NCBI GenBank assembly: GCA_016839705.1
Contig: JAEOTR010000054.1
Coordinates: 1-25,987, forward strand
Origin: Promethearchaeota archaeon
Lineage (GTDB): Archaea > Asgardarchaeota > Lokiarchaeia > Sigyniarchaeales > SOKP01
DNA: 25,987 nt
Reading direction: 5' to 3'
In this document: positions 18,912 through 25,987 of the stretch, in pieces
Position numbering within the stretch: position 1 is the first letter of the stretch
How the letters are laid out: each line of letters opens with the position of its first letter
The notes under the pieces: generated by a model
What the model was told of the DNA's origin: nothing
Database searches by the model: none
What the model saw: the letters and a program-made list of their open reading frames with translations, nothing else
Position numbers and translations under genes: made by a program

Positions 18912-18971
18912 TACTCATCACCACGTCCTCTTATACTTTAGAAAAAATAAGATCGATTTATTTACTTAGAT

Positions 18972-18987
18972 ATTTATTTAAATAAAT
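18972..18987. promoter_or_regulatory. 16-bp perfect palindrome ATTTATTTAAATAAAT upstream of the second activase operon
   Basis: Read directly. About 61-76 bp upstream of start 18911. Same core as 2023-2036. Confidence 0.45.
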
Positions 18988-19156
18988 TTCAATTTAATCA
19001 AATAGACATGGTAGGCATATAAATAAAATTAAACAATTGAGAATATCATAAGTATTTTGTTGAATCTATACAGCGATTTCGGTAATCTTGTTGTTGATCT
19101 CGTGTTTTTTTTCCGAAAGTTAATAGTTTTATATTGGAAAAGATGAAAGCTAAGTT

Positions 19157-20299
19157 TCAATTTGGATCAAGATTTCCTTCTAATTTCTTTTTAACCACAC
19201 AATACGCTGTATCAGTAGCTGCAACAGTTAAACAGGCATTACAACTAGTGCAAAGTGGGGGTGATAGGTCACCATTTTTCCAACGATTTGGGAGATTTGG
19301 CTCATAAATTAAAGGTCTACTTAATGCTACAAAATCTGCGACGTTTTGTTTAATAAAATCTTCTATAGTTAATGGATTTCTAATACCTCCCTGAAGAATT
19401 ATTGGCCGACCTTTCATTATAGGTTTCAAAATTTTAACATTTTGAAGAAAATAATTCTCATTTTTCTCTTTTTTATCCATAACAGAAGGATAAGTTTTCC
19501 TATTACTAAATTTTAAATCATAACGACCAGAACTTGGTTCTATTGCATCATAACCAGTCTTAATAAGAATATCAGCAATCTCTTTTGCCTCGTCTAATCT
19601 TAACCCTCCTTGAAGATAATCCATTGTATTCAACTTAATTAGTATTGGGAAATTCTTATCTACATCATCTCTGAGTTGATTATAAATATCAACTAGTATT
19701 TTTGCTCTATTTTGGAAAGATCCCCCAAATTCATCATTACGTCTATTTGTAAAGGGTGAAACGAAATCACTAAGCAAATAACCATGAGCACCGTGTATTT
19801 GAACAGCATCATATCCACATTCATAAGCCCTCCGACCAGTATCTACAAAATTTTTAATGATTTGTCTTACCTCCTCAATTGTTAATTCACGGCATGGTTT
19901 ATTAATTACTAAATTAATCATTGGTGAAGGTCCGACGGGTTTAAAATTTCTATTTCCAAAAATAAAAGCGCCATTACCAGTATGAGCAATTTGAGCAGCA
20001 ATTTTCGCATCTGAATTCTCATGAACCGTTTTTACTAGTTTTTTTTGACCAGAAATATATGAATCATTATATAAACAAGCCATTCTATAAGTAGCAGAAC
20101 CTAATGCATTTACAGCAAGATATCCAGAAATTATTAAACCTGTTCCTCCTTCGGCTAAATCCTTAAAAAGTTTAATCAAATCTTCTGTTACATAACCATC
20201 CTCTGTTGCTTTAGCGACCCAAGTTGCCGATCTGATGAGTCTGTTTTTAATTTGAACATTACCAATTTTACCGGAACTAAATAGGTGTTCTAATTCCAT
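19157..20299 (-). CDS. NADH:flavin oxidoreductase (Old Yellow Enzyme family)
   Basis: KNRLIRSAT, AQIAHTG, QIHGAHGYLLSDFVSPFTNRRNDEFGGS, GGIR, SRP; C-terminal CTSCNAC...C. Confidence 0.93.
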   Translation of the reverse strand: MELEHLFSSGKIGNVQIKNRLIRSATWVAKATEDGYVTEDLIKLFKDLAEGGTGLIISGYLAVNALGSATYRMACLYNDSYISGQKKLVKTVHENSDAKIAAQIAHTGNGAFIFGNRNFKPVGPSPMINLVINKPCRELTIEEVRQIIKNFVDTGRRAYECGYDAVQIHGAHGYLLSDFVSPFTNRRNDEFGGSFQNRAKILVDIYNQLRDDVDKNFPILIKLNTMDYLQGGLRLDEAKEIADILIKTGYDAIEPSSGRYDLKFSNRKTYPSVMDKKEKNENYFLQNVKILKPIMKGRPIILQGGIRNPLTIEDFIKQNVADFVALSRPLIYEPNLPNRWKNGDLSPPLCTSCNACLTVAATDTAYCVVKKKLEGNLDPN

Positions 20300-20477
20300 A
20301 GTATCAACTTTATTGAATTTATATTACTTACTATTTTCAGTATTAATATTTTTAATTTTTTAGCACATTTCATAGTTTTGATTCTTAACATTACAGTCTA
20401 AACTAATAAAAAAGGCAAGCAAAACTATTTCAAATTTGAATTATTTTCAAAAATATTATTACTAGGAAGGATTTTTT

Positions 20478-21917
20478 TTGAACTCATCAAAAGTCTTAAG
20501 GGAATTAAAGGGGAAGCGTTTATTAGGATATGCTCTAGGGAATTTTGGGATATCCATGTTAAATATTTTTAGCGGTTCTTTTGTGTTTCAATTTTATGTA
20601 TATACCATTAATCTAGATTCTGTCCTTGCTTCAGTTGGGCTTTCATTTAACGTGTTTTTTTCAGCAACCTTCTCAATTATATTTGGTGTCATAATAGATA
20701 ATAAAAAACCTGGAAAATTCGGGAAACGACGTCCTTTTTTGCTGTACGCTTTACCCTTCTGGATTATCAGCAGTATTATAATATGGTTTCCTCCATATGC
20801 TCCAGAAAACAACTCCTTATTCTTACCGACGGCATTCTTTTTCTGGATTGTAACTGCGATTCGTGCTTTAAGTGGAACTTTAATTTTCAACACTTACCTA
20901 TCAATGCTACCAGAACAATCTCAAACTCTGAAAAATCGACATTCAGTCGCATCCCTCCGAGCTTTATTCATGATAATTGCATCAGTTATATCTTTATTCT
21001 TACCATTGCTTGTGCAAAGTTTTCTCCCCGATCCAAAACATGCTAAACACTTTGATCCTTCTGGCCAAATTATTCTTAATATTATACCCCTAATTGGCAT
21101 TATTTTAACAGGTTTTGGATTAGCTGCGGTGCTAATTGTTTTTTTTTCTGTAGATGAAAGCTTTCACCAGCATAACTCTAACTCGAAAAAAGAAAAAGCA
21201 ACACTAAGAGAAACGTTTAAAAGAATGGCACAGCCCGCAAAAGACCATAAATATAGAAATTTGGTTTTCACTAGCTTCTTTATTAATATGTCTGGGAGTG
21301 TTTTTGGCTTCTTAATATTTCCATTTCAGACTCATTTGCTTGAATTTCAACAAGCAGAATTTTTATTATATGTTGCAATTTCACTTTTTGGAAAATTAAG
21401 TTGGTATGTTGTATGGAGATTTGTAATTAAAAGAAAACCATTAGTTAAAGCATATTCTTTATCTCTTATTTTTGCTGCAATAGTATCTATTACTGATTTG
21501 TTATTTCTCCTAAGCAATCTCCCGTATGGATTTAAGATTTTATTATATGTTGTTTCCTTTAGTACAATTTTGGGGACATCCTATTCAATACCTTTATTTG
21601 GAATTCCTCTAGGTGCATCTTTAATCCATGAAGCAGCAGTTAAAAAAAACACTTCTGATATTGATGAGACAATTAGTAACATTTCGGGATCATATTACGG
21701 ATTTTCTACATTTATATCTTCACTCGGTGCAGCTTTTTTCCAAATTATTATTGGCTTAATGCTCACAGGTGCGAATCAAAGCAACCCTATAATAATTACC
21801 TTACTGTTTGCTTCACAAGGAATTTTTTACTTAATCGCAGTATCCTTTTTAAGGAGGATTAAGCTTGCTAAACCCGTAGAGATAGATACAACTACTCCAC
21901 GAATTGAAGTTCCATAA
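20478..21917 (+). CDS. MFS transporter, GPH/MelB-like
   Basis: About 12 hydrophobic segments and a D..KFGKRRPFLL loop motif. TTG start follows GGAAGGA. Confidence 0.85.
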   Translation: MNSSKVLRELKGKRLLGYALGNFGISMLNIFSGSFVFQFYVYTINLDSVLASVGLSFNVFFSATFSIIFGVIIDNKKPGKFGKRRPFLLYALPFWIISSIIIWFPPYAPENNSLFLPTAFFFWIVTAIRALSGTLIFNTYLSMLPEQSQTLKNRHSVASLRALFMIIASVISLFLPLLVQSFLPDPKHAKHFDPSGQIILNIIPLIGIILTGFGLAAVLIVFFSVDESFHQHNSNSKKEKATLRETFKRMAQPAKDHKYRNLVFTSFFINMSGSVFGFLIFPFQTHLLEFQQAEFLLYVAISLFGKLSWYVVWRFVIKRKPLVKAYSLSLIFAAIVSITDLLFLLSNLPYGFKILLYVVSFSTILGTSYSIPLFGIPLGASLIHEAAVKKNTSDIDETISNISGSYYGFSTFISSLGAAFFQIIIGLMLTGANQSNPIIITLLFASQGIFYLIAVSFLRRIKLAKPVEIDTTTPRIEVP

Positions 21918-21996
21918 AATAAGAAAAAGAAATTTCATGATAACGCAATTAAATATACTAAAATAAATGTAAATAAAATCTTGATAACCAAAGGAT

Positions 21997-23154
21997 TTAA
22001 AATAGTTTACTCGGTTTCCTTAGTATACCACGGCCTGCAACCAATCGATTAATTTGATTAGTACCTTCATAAATCTGAGTCAATTTAGCATCACGCATAA
22101 GCTTTTCTACAATTGCACCTTTCATATATCCTGAACCTGCTAAAATTTGTACAGCATCTGTTGTAACTTTCATAGCAGCATCAGAAGCAAAGCACTTCGC
22201 TAAAGCCGCTTCTGTGGTGCATCGTATATCTTGATCTAGCATCCATCCTCCTTGTAAATACATAGCTCTTGATGCCACGATAAGGGCATTCATATCAGCT
22301 AGCATAAAATGAACTCCTTGGAATTGACCTATGGGTTGACCAAATTGTACTCGAGTGTTCGCCTGTTCGACTGCTTCATCCAATGCTTTTTGTGCAATAC
22401 CGGTACAAACTGCTGCAATGTTCACCCTTCCCCTATCAAGAGCCATCATAGCAAGCTTAAAGCCTTGCCCTTCTTGACCGATAAGGTTTTCCTCATTTAC
22501 CTCGACATCATTAAATTTCAATTCCGCAACATTTAAAGCCCGGTGACCCATTTTATCCTCTACATTAACCACTTCTATTCCTTGAGTGGTTCTAGGTACT
22601 GCAAAACAACATATTCCTTTTATTCCAAGACTCTTATCAATAGTCGCGAATAAACAAAGTAAATCAGCATATTTTCCATTAGTAATATAGCGCTTTGTAC
22701 CGTTAATAACATAGTTATTCCCTTTTTTTTCCGCAACAGTTTGCATCATAGCTGCATCTGAACCTGCCTCAGGTTCCGTGAGACAAAAACAACCACTCCT
22801 ATAACTTTTCGTCATAGTCCCTATAAATTTTTTCTTCTGTTCTTCCGTTGCACCAATTTGGATAGGTGCCATGGACAAGTGTGAAATTCCTATCATCTGA
22901 GCAATGGATGGGCACTCGTAATTTAATGCTTCAGTTATAATGTAATGCTCTACATAACTAAATCCAGACCCACCATATTCCTTAGGGATATTCGTGTACA
23001 TTAGTCCTAACTCGTGTGCCTTTTTAAGAATTTCTTCCGGATAAGTTCCCTCTTTGTCAAATTCAATAGCAACAGGCTTTATTTCTTTAGTAGCAAAATC
23101 CCTTGCCTTCATGAGTATTGCTTTCTGCTCCTCACTTAAACTAAAATCAATCAT
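21997..23154 (-). CDS. Acyl-CoA dehydrogenase
   Basis: CLTEPEAGSDA, NGTKRYITNG, RVQFGQPI, MRDAKLTQIYEGTNQI. Confidence 0.95.
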   Translation of the reverse strand: MIDFSLSEEQKAILMKARDFATKEIKPVAIEFDKEGTYPEEILKKAHELGLMYTNIPKEYGGSGFSYVEHYIITEALNYECPSIAQMIGISHLSMAPIQIGATEEQKKKFIGTMTKSYRSGCFCLTEPEAGSDAAMMQTVAEKKGNNYVINGTKRYITNGKYADLLCLFATIDKSLGIKGICCFAVPRTTQGIEVVNVEDKMGHRALNVAELKFNDVEVNEENLIGQEGQGFKLAMMALDRGRVNIAAVCTGIAQKALDEAVEQANTRVQFGQPIGQFQGVHFMLADMNALIVASRAMYLQGGWMLDQDIRCTTEAALAKCFASDAAMKVTTDAVQILAGSGYMKGAIVEKLMRDAKLTQIYEGTNQINRLVAGRGILRKPSKLF

Positions 23155-23407
23155 AATAAATCTCTCGCTCTTTACTTTTTAATACCTTTTGATTATTAAT
23201 ATGAATATTTTATAATGGAATACCATTAATCGTATTACTTTTGCTTTAAGTTTATTCACAATTATATTGACAGAGATATTTATTTTTCATTATTTAATTT
23301 TTATATTTAAGATATACATATTTTATAATCAAAACCTATTTTTTTAATAGAATTTAATATCAATAATATATAACTCTCAAAAAATAAATTAAGTAAGGTA
23401 ATTAAAA

Positions 23408-24157
23408 ATGACAAATGATACTGTAAATCGTGAATTTCGCCAATTTGGAGATAAAATGTTCTATATATTAATCTTCTTTCTTTTAAATTTCATAATTCCC
23501 GTTATCCCTGGTATATTAATGTTAATTTATTCATTTCAAGCTATTGAAGATATAAAAAAGGCTAATAAGGAACTAAAAAGCGATGATTTAGAGGATTTTC
23601 GATCTTATTTTATAAGTTCATATGTTCTTATATTTATTACAGGAACTATAATCATAATAGCGGGGATTTTATTCGCTATTGCTTTTTGGCCCTATATAGA
23701 ATCTCAAACATTCCCACCACTAGAGGATCTATTAAGACTAATACTCATTCCAGGAATAATTTTTGTTATCGCTTTAATAACGTTATTAATTGCTGGTATA
23801 CTACGGTATTCAGCATGGAAAAACTTGAATGAATTCTTTATAAAAAATTCGGAGATGTTTCCTGAAGCTATCGCATACGACGCAAGAAAGGGTTCTGAAA
23901 ACTTGAGAAAAGCAAGTTTGTGCATGTTATTAGGATTTTTAATAATAACCATACTAATAAGTATTATATATGAAATTCTAGGATATGCAAAATTGTCAAA
24001 GTTGAAAAACCTACCATATTCAAGCGCTAATAAACCCTCTCAACCCATAGAAACACCAAGTTCTAAGACGGGAGGCACAACTAACTTCTGTCCGAAATGT
24101 GGTGCTAAAAAAGAAGAAGACGCTACTTTTTGCTCTAACTGTGGTCAACAATTTTAA
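23408..24157 (+). CDS. Multi-pass membrane protein with C-terminal zinc ribbon
   Basis: Four to five hydrophobic segments, a Ser/Pro/Thr linker, then CPKCG...CSNCG. Confidence 0.82.
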   Translation: MTNDTVNREFRQFGDKMFYILIFFLLNFIIPVIPGILMLIYSFQAIEDIKKANKELKSDDLEDFRSYFISSYVLIFITGTIIIIAGILFAIAFWPYIESQTFPPLEDLLRLILIPGIIFVIALITLLIAGILRYSAWKNLNEFFIKNSEMFPEAIAYDARKGSENLRKASLCMLLGFLIITILISIIYEILGYAKLSKLKNLPYSSANKPSQPIETPSSKTGGTTNFCPKCGAKKEEDATFCSNCGQQF

Positions 24158-24178
24158 TATGTCCTAATTTTTAATCAA

Positions 24179-24187
24179 TTTTTTTTT
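24179..24187 (+). terminator. Oligo-T tract, possible archaeal intrinsic terminator
   Basis: T9 about 20 bp after stop 24157. Confidence 0.3.
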
Positions 24188-24229
24188 AATCTTAATTTAC
24201 GTACTTGTGAATAAATATCTATTGAGATC

Positions 24230-24380
24230 TTAGTGTAATTGTGCTTTTTCCTTATATTTTAAACATAGATAAGCATAAAATGTAATCCATTTGTTTGACA
24301 AACCACGTTTTCCAATTTCCCAATATTTAGATTTGATGGCGTTTGATCCGCTCAATCGTTGTTCCTTAGAAGATTTTGTA
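24230..24380 (-). pseudogene. Possible 3' remnant of a deleted gene (prenyltransferase/squalene-cyclase-repeat-like C-terminus)
   Basis: Frame reads ...YWEIGKRGLSNKWITFYAYLCLKYKEKAQLH-stop. No independent start outside the GNAT gene. Confidence 0.3.
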
Positions 24381-24398
24381 GCATCATTATTTATTAGC

Positions 24399-25190
24399 TT
24401 ATTGTTTAATTTTAGCATTCTCAATCTCATGCCTGAGTATTTTTTTTTCAATCTCTGGACCTACTTCAATCCATTTACCGTTTACAAATATACTACGTGA
24501 AAGACCATATTGTTTAAGAATGGATGGATTAGTACCAGAATATTCATTAAGCACGACATCGTTTTTATATTCAGAGACTACTTCTCGTACTCTTTGGGCT
24601 TCAACATCACTCGTTAAGCAAAAAACATTCCAAAATAAATCTACAACCACTTTTCCTTGAATTGGTTTAAATTTATAATTTAGATTCATGAATTGAGGTG
24701 GTTCAGCACTAGAATCAAGAGACTTCCAAAGAATTGCATTGATTCCTTGCTTTTCAGCAACTTTATACCCAAGTTTTTCAAAATATTTCGCTGGCATAAA
24801 CCAAAAATCCCAAAATTTAGCAATAGTCGCGATTCCCTTGCGTTGTTGTTTTAGAGTTTCTTCCTCTGCTGCTTTAATTAATTCCTTCCCAATGCCTTTT
24901 GAAGAAAATTTTGATTGTGAAACTAAACATGGAAAAACCATTAAATCTTTTCCATATATTTGAAATGGGGTTATTTCTATTGGCATAATATATATAAATC
25001 CTGCATGAACATTATCAAAGAGCGCAACTTTTGTTTTTAAGCCATATTTTTCCATTTTTTTAAGCCAAGATACCCTCCGAGGAGAAGATGATTCAATTTC
25101 TAAATTATTTTCATTTACGTGTGTACAAGTACCAACATAATATTCATCATCTTCAGTCATATCTCGAATGATTATTCCCAAATAATTCAC
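24399..25190 (-). CDS. GNAT-family N-acetyltransferase with C-terminal thioredoxin-like (YoaP-like) domain
   Basis: AGFIYIMP, CLVSQSKFSSKGIGKELI (acetyl-CoA-binding motif A), YFEKLGY; C-terminal FWNVFC...YGLSRSIFVNG. The true start may be TTG 25181, which follows AGGTGA. Confidence 0.82.
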   Translation of the reverse strand: MNYLGIIIRDMTEDDEYYVGTCTHVNENNLEIESSSPRRVSWLKKMEKYGLKTKVALFDNVHAGFIYIMPIEITPFQIYGKDLMVFPCLVSQSKFSSKGIGKELIKAAEEETLKQQRKGIATIAKFWDFWFMPAKYFEKLGYKVAEKQGINAILWKSLDSSAEPPQFMNLNYKFKPIQGKVVVDLFWNVFCLTSDVEAQRVREVVSEYKNDVVLNEYSGTNPSILKQYGLSRSIFVNGKWIEVGPEIEKKILRHEIENAKIKQ

Positions 25191-25266
25191 CTACGTTAGT
25201 TTTCCATTTTTATACATTTTCTGGAATTTTCATATTTTCATCTGTTGATAATACTGAAAAACTTTA

Positions 25267-25289
25267 AAATCATACCAATGGTATGATTT
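25267..25289. repeat. 11-bp inverted repeat AAATCATACCA-a-TGGTATGATTT covering the start codon of the ubiquitin-like gene
   Basis: Read directly. Confidence 0.9.
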
Positions 25290-25519
25290 ATTTCATGTCA
25301 ACAATTGGTCCTGGGGAAAAGAAGGAAAAATTATCTGTGAATGATAGCAACCGCGTTGATGATATTAAAAGTACATTAGGAAATATATATGGACTTGATC
25401 CTAATGACTTTCATTTATCTTCTGGTGGGGTTACAATGGATGAAAATAATCCATTAAGAGATTACGATGTAAACAATGGCGACGATATTCTTTTAATCCC
25501 CGCAAGTACTGCAGGTTAA
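25283..25519 (+). CDS. Ubiquitin-like (beta-grasp) protein with single C-terminal Gly
   Basis: 78 aa. LSVNDSNRVDDIK, GLDPNDFHL, GVTMDENNPLRDYDVNNGDDILLIP follow the ubiquitin-fold pattern. Ends ASTAG-stop. Confidence 0.8.
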   Translation: MIYFMSTIGPGEKKEKLSVNDSNRVDDIKSTLGNIYGLDPNDFHLSSGGVTMDENNPLRDYDVNNGDDILLIPASTAG

Positions 25520-25533
25520 ATATTTAATTAACC

Positions 25534-25542
25534 TTTTTTTTT
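25534..25542 (+). terminator. Oligo-T tract after the ubiquitin-like gene, possible terminator
   Basis: T9 15 bp after the stop. A short inverted repeat CTAGGAA-t-TTCCTAG follows at 25581-25595. Confidence 0.3.
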
Positions 25543-25599
25543 ATATTCTATTCCATCCTTAAGTATTCGAAAAATGCAAACTAGGAATTTCCTAGGCTT

Positions 25600-25680
25600 T
25601 TATTGTTTCTTTCTTCTTGCCATTTCAACAAAAGCTTCGATACGCGTAATCATTCCAGCCTCTCCAAAATAGCCTTTCAA
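25600..25680 (-). pseudogene. 3' remnant of a DUF2229/dehydratase-like gene
   Basis: Frame reads LKGYFGEAGMITRIEAFVEMARRKKQ-stop, matching the family C-terminal motif seen in the paralogs in this window. An in-frame TAA lies just upstream. Confidence 0.6.
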
Positions 25681-25987
25681 AGGTTAAAAAGAGATCCAAT
25701 ATCAAAAAACGAATTTCTTGAAAAAAACTCGAGTCCATTCTTAACAGCGAATCCTAAATCTAATTTTTTTGATGGATTCAGCATTGTTAAAACCTTTGAC
25801 ATTGGGGTTTCAATACTAGACATGAAATATTCAAAATTGGATTTCGGCTTAAAATATATATTTTTTATTTCATCCGGGATCACATACTTGGCATCTCTAA
25901 ACAAGGGATTAGTTTTCTTGTTGCCAACCATTAAATCATGAAATGCTTCGATTCTTGTTCTAAGTCCTTCAAAACCAGAACTTCCAT
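25677..25987 (-). CDS. C-terminal part of a third 2-hydroxyacyl-CoA dehydratase-like / activase partner subunit (5' end outside the window)
   Basis: The frame stays open past the track's ATG 25931 to the window edge: GSSGFEGLRTRIEAFHDLMVGNKK..., compared with EHSGTEGMRTRLEAFVDLM in 772-1956. Confidence 0.8.
   Translation of the reverse strand, partial: GSSGFEGLRTRIEAFHDLMVGNKKTNPLFRDAKYVIPDEIKNIYFKPKSNFEYFMSSIETPMSKVLTMLNPSKKLDLGFAVKNGLEFFSRNSFFDIGSLFNL

Noticed and set aside
18901-18918. Minus-strand mini-ORF MSSAK overlapping the activase start, read as a frameshifted true start
   Set aside because: GTG 18911 has a well-spaced GGTGA and gives a complete first domain, so no frameshift is needed.
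25674-25682. CTT-TGA as a prfB-like +1 programmed frameshift joining the edge gene to the downstream motif
   Set aside because: The conserved motif is in the -1/+2 frame, not +1, and the upstream ORF already has its own copy of that motif.
25677-25931. 84-aa stand-alone ORF as given in the track
   Set aside because: The frame is open to the window edge and carries the family motif upstream of that ATG, so it is the tail of a longer gene.
1702-25941. Short track ORFs overlapping confident genes (1702, 8673, 11421, 11784, 12072, 15646, 16008, 17095, 20594, 20783, 22309, 23704, 24291, 24739, 25603)
   Set aside because: They lie antisense or out of frame within motif-supported CDSs and show no recognisable motifs.

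Overview
AT-rich, gene-dense window that most likely comes from an Asgard archaeon (Lokiarchaeia-like). That assignment is inferred from a Rag/Arf-like small GTPase, a longin/uDENN-like domain, a stand-alone ubiquitin-fold protein and a Loki-CTERM-like anchored peptidase. Most genes are metabolic: three paralogous CoA-substrate activase / 2-hydroxyacyl-CoA dehydratase-like loci, an M1 aminopeptidase, PepD, a PLP decarboxylase, a tandem VOC protein, an OYE-family reductase, an acyl-CoA dehydrogenase and an MFS transporter. The standout is 2726-5195. A membrane histidine kinase is divergent from a response regulator whose output domain looks like a C9orf72/FLCN/NPRL2-type longin (uDENN) domain, with an arginine at the position of the eukaryotic GAP finger. 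That gene overlaps, tail to tail, a Rag-like GTPase. Together they are a candidate two-component-controlled small-GTPase switch. Also seen: a UFM1/ubiquitin-like protein ending in a single Gly, three short remnants of deleted genes (one with a perfect hairpin at the junction), and an identical 14-bp palindrome upstream of two activase/dehydratase operons. I found no rRNA, tRNA, CRISPR array or mobile element. All family calls come from motif recognition by eye; no searches were run.
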